Source: a virus
Lineage: Duplodnaviria; Caudoviricetes
IMG/VR virus record: IMGVR_UViG_3300037400_004242
DNA: 64,000 bases
Reading direction: 5' to 3' (one strand)
Below, piece after piece: positions 1-9,108 of the stretch. The first letter of the stretch is position 1. Each line of letters begins with the position of its first letter. A program made the translations under genes and the position numbers. Under the pieces are notes generated by a model. The model worked only from the letters and a program-made list of their open reading frames with translations, had not been told where the DNA came from and ran no database searches.

Positions 1-11
1 TTAAAAACAAC

Positions 12-695
12 ATGTTGTTGAATCAATACAATGCATGGCTAAAAAAATACAATAGTTCTGATAATCTTTCGATTGATGAAAATTGTTTGGATGAAGTTAC
101 AGATGATATGGTAGAAAATACCAATTTTGAAAATGAATTTAAAAGTGCAAAAAAAACATTTATTGTTGACCATGAGCAAGGATACCCAGGGTTTGGAGAA
201 AATGGGTATAAAGGTATCAATGAAGATAAAGACAATGAAGTAGAAAAATTTAAAGATGTTCCAACCTTAGATGATAAAGTTGGAGATGTAACATATGTTA
301 CAAAAGATTATGAACTTGATGTTGGAACACGAGATGGAGCATTTTTATATATTGATGGACAAATTTTGAAAGGTGGGAAAAATGAAACACACGCACAGCT
401 ACTACAGAAATATATGGAAGAGGAAGGGAAAAAAGACGAAATCCCTGAAGACTTGGTACAAAATAATCAAGAAAATAGCAGACCGAGCGAAATCCGAATG
501 AAACGTTTAACAGAAACTGAAGATGTTGCATTTGGAAGTCTTTTGAAGAATATTGCATTTATTGAAGTGTTTGAAAATGGTGCAGATGAAAATACTGTTG
601 CTCAGGCTTGCATGAAAGAATTAGGCGTAAAAAAAGTATACTTCTTAGATGATAAGAATGTGCTGAAACGTCTTGCAAAATGGAATTGCTATTAA
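12..695 (+). CDS. Acidic hypothetical phage protein, paralog of 766..1563 (may be 5'-truncated by the window edge)
   Basis: Shares a C-terminal domain with the next ORF (D.G.R...F.Y.DG.I.KG...ETH.QL...D.FAFG....AFI...V.KVY..D...RLAK). The frame is open to the window start. Confidence 0.7.
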   Translation: MLLNQYNAWLKKYNSSDNLSIDENCLDEVTDDMVENTNFENEFKSAKKTFIVDHEQGYPGFGENGYKGINEDKDNEVEKFKDVPTLDDKVGDVTYVTKDYELDVGTRDGAFLYIDGQILKGGKNETHAQLLQKYMEEEGKKDEIPEDLVQNNQENSRPSEIRMKRLTETEDVAFGSLLKNIAFIEVFENGADENTVAQACMKELGVKKVYFLDDKNVLKRLAKWNCY

Positions 696-703
696 TATAA
701 TAT

Positions 704-734
704 AAAGATAGGTTGTAGATAGCCTATCTTTTTC
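704..734 (+). terminator. Rho-independent terminator
   Basis: aaagataggtt/agcctatcttt stem followed by a T-run. Confidence 0.7.
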
Positions 735-749
735 TATTTTGTTTATAGA
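735..749 (+). promoter_or_regulatory. TATTTW-N5-TAGA motif (candidate late promoter)
   Basis: tattttgtttataga, between a terminator and the SD of 766. Confidence 0.6.
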
Positions 750-765
750 AATATTTTAGAAGGAC

Positions 766-1563
766 GTGAATAAAATGGAAGATATTTACATTATGGATAT
801 AGATGAATTAAAAGAATTGTTAAAAAATAATTATAACCAATGTTTAAAAAATATTGATAAAAATTCTAATATGAAAAAATATTTTAGTGAAGATTATTTG
901 AAAAATTATTTTTCAAAAGTGGATAAAGAAAATCCTGATGGAGATATAGATTTATATGTTTATAATTTAATGGATGAATTGGATTTTAGATATACATGTG
1001 AAGATAACATAGGTGCGTATATAGATGATGAATTTGAAATGGCAGATGATTTACCTGATGATATACTAGCAGAATTATCAGATGAATATGGATATTATCA
1101 AAATTATTTAAAATGTAAAGATAAATATTTCCCCGATACAATAGAATATATGGAGGATTTGAAGAATAAAAAAGATAATATTGGAGAAAGTACTTTTTTA
1201 ACATATAAAATTGATTATGGAAATCGAGAATATCCATTTGTTTATGTAGATGGAAAAATATACAAAGGTAAATCTATGGAGACTCATACACAATTAGTTG
1301 AACGTGTGTTTTTAAAGCAAAAACCAAATGATGATGACATAACACGTTTGGATAATAATGAAATGGAAAAAGATGTAGGTTCGGATGTATTTGCTTTTGG
1401 TCATATATGTCAAGAGATGGCATTTATAGATAATAATTTATCAAATTGTACAAAAGAAGAAGTAGCAGATGCATTAAAATCACAGACAAATGTAAATAAA
1501 GTGTATTATTATGATTATAGTGATAAACAAGTAACGCGACTTGCTAAATTAAAAACTGTATGA
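766..1563 (+). CDS. Acidic hypothetical phage protein, paralog of 12..695
   Basis: Shared C-terminal domain ending TRLAK; SD agaagga. Confidence 0.75.
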   Translation: MNKMEDIYIMDIDELKELLKNNYNQCLKNIDKNSNMKKYFSEDYLKNYFSKVDKENPDGDIDLYVYNLMDELDFRYTCEDNIGAYIDDEFEMADDLPDDILAELSDEYGYYQNYLKCKDKYFPDTIEYMEDLKNKKDNIGESTFLTYKIDYGNREYPFVYVDGKIYKGKSMETHTQLVERVFLKQKPNDDDITRLDNNEMEKDVGSDVFAFGHICQEMAFIDNNLSNCTKEEVADALKSQTNVNKVYYYDYSDKQVTRLAKLKTV

Positions 1564-1576
1564 AAGGAAAGATTTA

Positions 1577-2755
1577 ATGAAGCGTTTAGGAATGAATAAA
1601 ATGACAGTTGTGTATTCACAAGAGCCTTTTCCAAAAGATGAAATGAAATCTATATTTTTAGCTGGTCCAGTACCTAGAAAAGAATATGAATTATCATGGA
1701 AAAATGAAGCATTAGAAATTTTGGATTCAATGGGATATAATGGCGTTGTATATATTCCTGAAAATAGAAATCCTGAACAAAAAGAAGGGAACTTTGATTT
1801 GCAAGCGCAATTAGATTGGGAATATACTTGTATGTGTGCTTGTGATGCTATTGTATTTTGGATTCCTAGAGAAATGCGTTCGGATTTTGAAATGATTGGA
1901 TTAACAACAAATGTAGAATTTGGTCGTTTTCTTAATTCAAATAAACTGTTTTGTGGTTGTCCTGATGAAGCACCAAGAATGGAATATTTGAAATTAATTT
2001 CAAGAGATAAGTATGAGTGGCATAATACACTTGAAGATACTTTGAAATCTGTGGTACAATATTTAGGTAGAGGAATGTATCGAGAAGATGAAGAAATAAA
2101 AATTCCTTTGCATATATACAAATCAAAACAATTTCAGAATTGGTATAAACAACAATTAAATGTAGGAAATTATTTAACTGGTTTTAATATGGAATATGAA
2201 TTTGTTATGCCAAAAGCAAAACAAATGTTTTTAGAGATTTTTCATCCATCGGTTTATATAGCAAAAGAAGATAGAGTAAAAGATAATGAATTTGTAGTGG
2301 CAAGAACGGATATGAGTTATATTCTTGCTTATTATAAGAAAGAAGATATAATGGATTCAGAAATTGTTTTATGTGAAGAATTTCGTAGTCCGATAAACAA
2401 CAATGAAGAAATGGTTTTTGAATTACCAGGTGGTAGTTCTCTTAATCCAAACGATGATGTTCTTTCGACTGCTTCTAAAGAATTAGAAGAAGAAACAGGG
2501 TTAAAATTAGATAAAAATCGTTTTGAACAAGTAGCATTAAAACAAAGCGCTGCTACATTGTGTTCTCATAAGATAGCTTTATTTAGAGTGGAATTAACAG
2601 AAGAAGAAATCAATTCGCTTAAAAAAGATAATAGTATTCATGGCGTAATCGAAGATACAGAACGAATTCATTTACACGTAATGAAGGTATCTGAAGCATT
2701 GGATATGGTAGATTGGACAAATACAGGTATGATATTAAATGGAATAAAGGAATGA
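1577..2755 (+). CDS. Nucleoside 2-deoxyribosyltransferase-like domain fused to a NUDIX hydrolase
   Basis: N-terminal IFLAGP..SWK..WEY..CDAIVFWIPR..TTNVEFG; C-terminal Nudix box GGSSLNPNDDVLSTASKELEEETGL. Confidence 0.8.
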   Translation: MKRLGMNKMTVVYSQEPFPKDEMKSIFLAGPVPRKEYELSWKNEALEILDSMGYNGVVYIPENRNPEQKEGNFDLQAQLDWEYTCMCACDAIVFWIPREMRSDFEMIGLTTNVEFGRFLNSNKLFCGCPDEAPRMEYLKLISRDKYEWHNTLEDTLKSVVQYLGRGMYREDEEIKIPLHIYKSKQFQNWYKQQLNVGNYLTGFNMEYEFVMPKAKQMFLEIFHPSVYIAKEDRVKDNEFVVARTDMSYILAYYKKEDIMDSEIVLCEEFRSPINNNEEMVFELPGGSSLNPNDDVLSTASKELEEETGLKLDKNRFEQVALKQSAATLCSHKIALFRVELTEEEINSLKKDNSIHGVIEDTERIHLHVMKVSEALDMVDWTNTGMILNGIKE

Positions 2756-2759
2756 AATT

Positions 2760-3875
2760 ATGTTAAAACATTTAAATTTTCATATTAATCAGATTTATTT
2801 AATGATGGGGTATCAATGTAATTTAAAATGTAAATATTGTATTGAACATAATGTAGTAAATCATGCGATGCCAAAGGAAATTAATCCACAGATTGTTGAT
2901 TGGATGATAGATATTGCTCAAAATATAGGTGGTTTTAATGTATTATTTTGGGGTGGTGAACCACTTGTATATTTTGATACTATGAAAAAAGTTGTTGAAA
3001 TGATAAAAGAAAAAGATATAAATCATAATATTTCTTTTTCGATGGTAACAAATGGAAAATTGCTAAATGATAAGACGATTCCGTGGATAAAAGAAAATTT
3101 AAAAGGTTTTGGTTTGTCGTGGGATGGAAGGAATACAGAAAGAACTCGTGGATATGATGTTATCAAGGAGAATAAAGAAAATTTATTTAAATTAGATGAT
3201 TGGGGATTTACAGGAGTTCTTTCTTCTTTTAATTATCCAAAAGATTACTTAGATGACTGTTATGAAATTGAGAAAGAATATGGAAAAGAAATCCATGTAA
3301 ATATAGACAATCTTATGCAATATGAAGATTTACCTGATGCAGAATTAAAAAAGTTTGATGAAAGTAAGTTTTATGGTCAAATGCGAGATATTTGCGATGC
3401 GTATATTGATTACTATATGAATGGTACAGAAATAAATCCAAATTATATACGTTGGATAGAAGAAGAATTTCAACGTATTGCAGAAGGAAAAAAAATAACG
3501 CGCTTGTATTGTGGAAACGGTGGAGAAAATATTAATTTAGATTTACAGGGAAATCTTTATTGCTGTCATGGTGATATAGACCCTGTTGGAACGATTAATG
3601 ATAATTATTTTGATGTGTTAAAGAACATTAATGATAAAGATAATACAATTCAACATGGTATAGATGGATGTAATGAATGTCCTGTACAAGTAATGTGTAG
3701 AAATGGATGCCCAAAAGTTCCGCAACATTCTAGGGATGAATTTTACTGTACAATGAATAATTTAAGATTTTATCCAATTTTAGAAACATATTATGAAATT
3801 GAGCGACTAAAAGGAGAAGAATTTTTTCAGAAGTTACAAGAGAGCAAGAAATTTATGGAGAGAGAAATTAAATGA
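2760..3875 (+). CDS. Radical SAM/SPASM-domain protein
   Basis: CNLKCKYC, WGGEP, TNG, SWDG; C-terminal CGNG..GNLYCCH..CNECPVQVMCRNGCP..YC. Confidence 0.92.
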   Translation: MLKHLNFHINQIYLMMGYQCNLKCKYCIEHNVVNHAMPKEINPQIVDWMIDIAQNIGGFNVLFWGGEPLVYFDTMKKVVEMIKEKDINHNISFSMVTNGKLLNDKTIPWIKENLKGFGLSWDGRNTERTRGYDVIKENKENLFKLDDWGFTGVLSSFNYPKDYLDDCYEIEKEYGKEIHVNIDNLMQYEDLPDAELKKFDESKFYGQMRDICDAYIDYYMNGTEINPNYIRWIEEEFQRIAEGKKITRLYCGNGGENINLDLQGNLYCCHGDIDPVGTINDNYFDVLKNINDKDNTIQHGIDGCNECPVQVMCRNGCPKVPQHSRDEFYCTMNNLRFYPILETYYEIERLKGEEFFQKLQESKKFMEREIK

Positions 3876-4963
3876 GAAATTTTCTTAAATCAAATATATC
3901 TAATATCTTTATTATGCTTGGACATGAGTGCAATTTACAATGTAAATATTGCTTACAACATGACGTAGTAAATGTTGCTCTAGATAAAAAAATTAATCCT
4001 GATATTTATTATTTTATTAATGATGTTGCTCGTAGTCAAGAAAATAGAGTTGGTTTACAATTCTATGGTGGTGAACCGCTTGTATTTTTTGATAAAATAA
4101 AAGAATTTGTGAATGGTTTACAAGAACATAATGTTCCTAATAATGTTTACTGCACGATGATTACGAATGGTAAATTATTAGATGAGGAAAAAGTAAAATA
4201 TATTAATCAGAATTTTTCTCATGTTACTATTAGTTGGGATGGAAGAAATTCTATTAAAACTCGTGGATATGATGTTATTAAAGAAAACAAAGAAAACATT
4301 TTTAAATTAAAGAGTTTCAATTTTTCAGGTGTACTTTCTTCATATAATTACATTAAAGACTATTTAGAAGATTGTGAACAAGTAAATCGTGATTATGTAG
4401 AAAATTATTATGGAAGAACATTGTACTTTAATGTTGATGATTTACTTGATGTAAATATGCAAAATCAAGATTTAAAAAATATTGATTTAGACATGGCGGC
4501 AATACAGATGAATGAATTGTGTGAAGAATATTATAATTTTGTCACGCAACATCAACCGATTAGTGTGATTCGTAAGCGATATATTGAGGAAAAAATAAAT
4601 TTCTTGCGTTCAAGTGTAAAGTCAAAACAATATCAGCCAATTCGTGATAGATGCGGAAATGGTTGTGAAGTTTTGAATATGGATTTAAGTGGTAATCTTT
4701 ATAAGTGTCATAATACAGATGATAAATTGGGAACAATTTATGACAATTATTTTGATTATATGAAAAAAGTTTTTGAATTGGATAAGGTAAATGAAAACTC
4801 AAAACGTTGTAATGAATGTCCTGTACAATTGATGTGTAGAAATGGATGCCCTCTTGTTGGAAAAGAAGCAAGAGAAGGATATTATTGTAACATGATTGTT
4901 TTTATGAATTACCCAATCATAAAACTTGTAGAAAAATTGGGTGGTGAAATAGATGTCAATTGA
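3872..4963 (+). CDS. Radical SAM/SPASM-domain protein, tandem paralog of 2760..3875
   Basis: CNLQCKYC, YGGEP, shared SWDGRN..TRGYDVIKENKEN and CNECPVQ.MCRNGCP; ATGA overlap. Confidence 0.92.
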   Translation: MRNFLKSNISNIFIMLGHECNLQCKYCLQHDVVNVALDKKINPDIYYFINDVARSQENRVGLQFYGGEPLVFFDKIKEFVNGLQEHNVPNNVYCTMITNGKLLDEEKVKYINQNFSHVTISWDGRNSIKTRGYDVIKENKENIFKLKSFNFSGVLSSYNYIKDYLEDCEQVNRDYVENYYGRTLYFNVDDLLDVNMQNQDLKNIDLDMAAIQMNELCEEYYNFVTQHQPISVIRKRYIEEKINFLRSSVKSKQYQPIRDRCGNGCEVLNMDLSGNLYKCHNTDDKLGTIYDNYFDYMKKVFELDKVNENSKRCNECPVQLMCRNGCPLVGKEAREGYYCNMIVFMNYPIIKLVEKLGGEIDVN

Positions 4964-5687
4964 ATATACTGCGCCAATATCGAATAAAGAAAATCCTGCT
5001 TTAAAAGTAACAAAGTTTGAACCAATGATAGGTTGGGACCCAAGTACACGAATTGTTAATAAAGTAGATTTAAATGCGATTGACCAAGCAATTACAAGAT
5101 TGGAGAAAATTAAGTCTCATGTACAGAATTGTGATTGCTTTGATGTTGTTACTTGTCAAACAATTTCTTGTCAGGAATGGACAAAGGGAACAGGAAACTG
5201 TAATTGGCAAAAATGTCAATCTGCAAAAGAATGTATAGATTATATTGAATTTGGTACATATGCAGGAACAGATATGGATAAGCCTATTTCTGCACCAGGC
5301 AAGTGGACACCAACAACTGCAAAAGGTGGTACAAGTCCAAAACCTGAGTATGAAATTAGTAAAACTCCAACAGGTTCTTCTACTCCTTTTCGTAGAAAAG
5401 CATATACATGTCAGGAAATGTCTTGCCAATTTATAACTTGTCAAACAATTATTTGTCAAAGTGGTTTACTTTGTCAGACTTGCCAATCTTGTGAAAGATG
5501 TCAAGTTTGTGAAAGTTGTGAATCTGAATGTTTATGTCAAACTTGTCAGATATGTCAAGATAAAACAATTCCACATAATGACTGTCAAAAGAAATATTGT
5601 CAAGATTGTCAGACGTGTCAAAATTTGATTTGTGAAAATGTAAAGTGCCAAGCGTATTTTACGGATGGTAAAGATTTACCAAATTAA
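4953..5687 (+). CDS. Cys-rich CQ/CE-repeat protein, putative rSAM substrate
   Basis: 27 Cys, most followed by Q/E, in CX4C then CX2C spacing; overlaps the upstream rSAM gene. Confidence 0.75.
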   Translation: MSIEYTAPISNKENPALKVTKFEPMIGWDPSTRIVNKVDLNAIDQAITRLEKIKSHVQNCDCFDVVTCQTISCQEWTKGTGNCNWQKCQSAKECIDYIEFGTYAGTDMDKPISAPGKWTPTTAKGGTSPKPEYEISKTPTGSSTPFRRKAYTCQEMSCQFITCQTIICQSGLLCQTCQSCERCQVCESCESECLCQTCQICQDKTIPHNDCQKKYCQDCQTCQNLICENVKCQAYFTDGKDLPN

Positions 5688-5729
5688 AAAACTTATACTT
5701 CATATTTAAAAATTAGAGATAAATATGAG

Positions 5730-6086
5730 GTGATTTTAATGGAAGAACAGTCTACACAACCAGTACAACAACAACCTGTTCAAGCTCCGATGCAATCAAA
5801 GTTTTCAAATTTTTTTCATAGTATTATGTCTGTGGATGAAACACGAGTATCTGTATTGATGATAGGATTTATGTTATCATTATTTTTTGGTGGATATATG
5901 TATTTGTCAACGGGTGCATTAAGTCAAGTTTGGGCAGATATTGTTGAAACATTGATTTTTGCAGTTGCAGGTATCAATGCTGTTAATAGTGTCGTTGGTG
6001 GGAATAATAAAATTGGTCAGATATTGAGGGGAGCAACAAATAATCCACCTCCACCACCAATGCCACCAAGAGAGGAAAGAAAGTAA
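5730..6086 (+). CDS. Small two-TM membrane protein (holin-like)
   Basis: Two hydrophobic segments, Pro-rich and charged C-terminus; preceded by TATTTW-N5-TAGA at 5703..5717. Confidence 0.5.
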   Translation: MILMEEQSTQPVQQQPVQAPMQSKFSNFFHSIMSVDETRVSVLMIGFMLSLFFGGYMYLSTGALSQVWADIVETLIFAVAGINAVNSVVGGNNKIGQILRGATNNPPPPPMPPREERK

Positions 6087-6156
6087 GGTTATGTATTTTT
6101 TAGGGAATTTTTAATAAATTCCCTTTTTATTTATGTTTAAAAGAAGGTTCTAGAAT

Positions 6157-6954
6157 ATGAAGAATACAAAATGTCCATATCTTGAAATTCAATGTGAAAA
6201 TTTAGTTTGTGATTGTCCGAAATATAAAGCATATGTGGATGCGAAAGACCCAGTTATTTTTCAACAAGTAATGGACGAAAATCATTTTGATACATCGTTA
6301 TTAGATTTTGATTTAATTATGCAGATGCAAAAGTCTTTTGCTAGTCGTATGAGAAAAATGGATGGATTGACAAAGCGTGAAATTGATAAATGGGTAGATA
6401 AATATCTTGTATGTATTGAAGATGAAATTCGAGAAGTACGAGAACACTTGGATTTATATGGAGAAGAAAAAAAATATGATTCTGAAGTTGATAAAGTTTT
6501 AGAATTAAAAAAAGAAGTTATTGATATTCTTCATTTTATGATGGAACTTTTTATTATCGGAAATGCAGATAAGAATGTAATTAAAAAATATTATTGTAAT
6601 TTTTATCAAGCAGATGCTTCTAATGGAGATTTAATTGATGAAGCATATAAAAAACAAAAAAATACAATTAAAAAATATTTGAACACAAAGAATGATGCAT
6701 CGTTAGATATTACGGTATTAAAAGCTAGTTGTCGTTTATCAGATGCTTGTGCATTAGTACGTCAGCAAATCTCTTGGAAACATTGGAAAAAACCAAGTAA
6801 ATTTATTGATTACGATAAATTATATCATGCATATGCAGTTGTATTCCATGAATTTATTAATTTGTGTATTTTAACTATGAAAGAGAATGAAATTAAAGAT
6901 ATTTATGTAAAGAAAAATGTAGAGAATATTCTTCGTCAGAAATATGGATATTAA
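6157..6954 (+). CDS. All-alpha NTP pyrophosphatase (dimeric dUTPase/MazG-like), internally duplicated
   Basis: MQKSFA..EDEIREV..KEVIDILHF; second repeat with SWKHWKK and Y..KN.EN..RQ..GY C-terminus. Confidence 0.75.
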   Translation: MKNTKCPYLEIQCENLVCDCPKYKAYVDAKDPVIFQQVMDENHFDTSLLDFDLIMQMQKSFASRMRKMDGLTKREIDKWVDKYLVCIEDEIREVREHLDLYGEEKKYDSEVDKVLELKKEVIDILHFMMELFIIGNADKNVIKKYYCNFYQADASNGDLIDEAYKKQKNTIKKYLNTKNDASLDITVLKASCRLSDACALVRQQISWKHWKKPSKFIDYDKLYHAYAVVFHEFINLCILTMKENEIKDIYVKKNVENILRQKYGY

Positions 6955-6965
6955 TAAAAAGAAGA

Positions 6966-6995
6966 TTGACAAGCATTTTTGTATTGATGTATAAT
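6966..6995 (+). promoter_or_regulatory. sigma70/sigmaA-type promoter
   Basis: TTGACA-18 nt-TATAAT upstream of the helicase gene. Confidence 0.8.
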
Positions 6996-7035
6996 ATAGA
7001 TAAGAGAATCAACGGAGATAAAAGGAGATATAAAA

Positions 7036-8727
7036 ATGCAAAGCAACATCAAAATGGAAGATTGCTTTCCATATTCAAAGGCTAGACCAGCACAAGAAGA
7101 TATTTTAAAGTCATTAGACAAAATTTATTCATATGATGATAAATATCGTTATATTGTAATTGAAGCTGGTACAGGAATTGGAAAATCTGCAATTGCTAAG
7201 TCAATTTCAAAGAAAGAAAAGACTTGCTATCTTTTGACAGCAACAAAACAGTTGCAAGACCAATATATTCATGATTTTGGGAATATGGGGGCAAGTGCTG
7301 TCAAAGGTTCTGTAAATTACGAATGTGCAGTTGATGATACGCTTGATTGTTCCAATGGAGCGTGTAAACTTTCCTTGGATGGTATGCGTTCACGTTGCTA
7401 TGCAGATAAGGCTTGTCCATATCAAAACGCAAAGCAAAAAGCGGATGCATCAGAAATGTTTGTTACATCTTATGCATATTTTCTTCGTGTTAGTCGAGGA
7501 AATAATACATCATTCAAATCTAGGAATGTTATTATTGTTGACGAATGTCATATGCTAGAAGACCAGCTTATTAATTGCGCTGGTTTTACTTTGAATCCTG
7601 AAAAAATGAATCATAGGTATCAAATTCATCATGGAATGGATTTCAAAACAATGGTGCTATATAAGCATATGCCAAATCCTGATGATGAACAGCAAATGAT
7701 TCAATGGATTTTCTTAGTTAAAAAATTAATTGCAAAACGCATGGAAATTTTTCAAAAATCTATATTCGCAGCTCGTTATGGTGACAGAAGTCAAATGACT
7801 GCGGATGAACTAAGTGATGTAGAAGATTTGGACATCAAAGATACATCACAAAAACTTGAAGAATTAAAGCGTTTATATGAAAAAATTATTAAATTTTTAA
7901 ATGAAGAAGATAAAAGTAATTGGGTAATGTCTGTAAAAGATAAACAGATTTCTGTAAAACCAATTAATGTAGATGGTTTGTTTAAACAACTAATTGATAA
8001 ATTTGCAATCCATAAAGTTGTTTTTATGTCTGCAACGATTCTTGATAAAGTTGGATTTTGTAATGATATGGGAATTGAAGCAGATAAAACTTGTTTTGTT
8101 ACTAGAGACGGTGTTTTCTCTGCGAAACGTTCACCGATTGTATATGACCCTGTAGGTTCTATGAGTTACAAAAACATTAATTTCACAATGCCATATGTAA
8201 TTGATGAAATTAAACGTATTATGGAACTGTATCCGAACGAAAAAGGAATTATTCATACAGCTACATATAATATTGCGCAACAAATTACAGAAGCTATTAA
8301 AAGTGATAGATTTGTAGTAAGAGAGCATGATGAATCAAATGAAGATTTGTTTCAATATCATGCGCAATCTGATAAACCTACAATTTTAGTTAGTCCATCG
8401 CTGATGGCAGGTGTGGATTTACATGATGATTTAAGTAGATTTCAGATTGTAGTAAAACTTCCTTATATTTCTCTTGCAGATGAAAGAGTAAAACGTAAAA
8501 TGCAAAAGAATCAAAAATGGTATACATGCAAGATGTTGCGTAATTTAGTTCAGGAATGTGGTAGAAGTACAAGAAACGAAAAAGATTGGTCAGTTACTTA
8601 TATTTTAGATAATGCTTTTGAAAAAACAGTTTATTTTAATAAAAAAATGCTGTCACCACATTTTTTGAATCGTATTGTGAATGTTAATAATTTTAAGGTT
8701 CAAGAGTATCGTAATTTGGTGAAATAA
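7036..8727 (+). CDS. DinG/XPD-family SF2 helicase with Fe-S cluster
   Basis: Q motif RPAQ, Walker A AGTGIGKS, four Cys, DECH, SAT, GVD, QECGRSTR. Confidence 0.9.
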   Translation: MQSNIKMEDCFPYSKARPAQEDILKSLDKIYSYDDKYRYIVIEAGTGIGKSAIAKSISKKEKTCYLLTATKQLQDQYIHDFGNMGASAVKGSVNYECAVDDTLDCSNGACKLSLDGMRSRCYADKACPYQNAKQKADASEMFVTSYAYFLRVSRGNNTSFKSRNVIIVDECHMLEDQLINCAGFTLNPEKMNHRYQIHHGMDFKTMVLYKHMPNPDDEQQMIQWIFLVKKLIAKRMEIFQKSIFAARYGDRSQMTADELSDVEDLDIKDTSQKLEELKRLYEKIIKFLNEEDKSNWVMSVKDKQISVKPINVDGLFKQLIDKFAIHKVVFMSATILDKVGFCNDMGIEADKTCFVTRDGVFSAKRSPIVYDPVGSMSYKNINFTMPYVIDEIKRIMELYPNEKGIIHTATYNIAQQITEAIKSDRFVVREHDESNEDLFQYHAQSDKPTILVSPSLMAGVDLHDDLSRFQIVVKLPYISLADERVKRKMQKNQKWYTCKMLRNLVQECGRSTRNEKDWSVTYILDNAFEKTVYFNKKMLSPHFLNRIVNVNNFKVQEYRNLVK

Positions 8728-8748
8728 AGGAGGTACGCTGGATGTAAT

Positions 8749-9015
8749 ATGAATAAGATTTTTATATGTTCTATTACAAAGATATACGATAAACAATATA
8801 CATTAAATATGATAGCTTTTTATTGTGCTAAAAATGGATTTGATTATTCTCAAAGAATAATGTTTGATAAGATAGATTTAAATGAAGATTTATCTTGGGA
8901 GAAAAATCAATTAGAACATTATTTTGAATATGAAACAAAAACTCCACATATTTTATGTAATAATCATATTGTGTTAAAGAAACTTTTTAAGAGATATAAA
9001 AAAATATTTATTTAA
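8749..9015 (+). CDS. Hypothetical protein
   Basis: ORF with upstream ggagg. Confidence 0.55.
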   Translation: MNKIFICSITKIYDKQYTLNMIAFYCAKNGFDYSQRIMFDKIDLNEDLSWEKNQLEHYFEYETKTPHILCNNHIVLKKLFKRYKKIFI

Positions 9016-9021
9016 TAGAAA

Positions 9022-9048
9022 ACAGGCATACTTTCAAAGTATGCCTGT
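9022..9048 (+). terminator. Hairpin/terminator flanked by two TATTTW-N5-TAGA motifs (9005..9019, 9048..9062)
   Basis: acaggcatacttt-c-aaagtatgcctgt inverted repeat. Confidence 0.65.
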
Positions 9049-9108
9049 ATTTTTAATGTAGAGAATTTTGTAAATTTTAAATTTTATATAAAAAGGATTG
9101 ATGCTATA

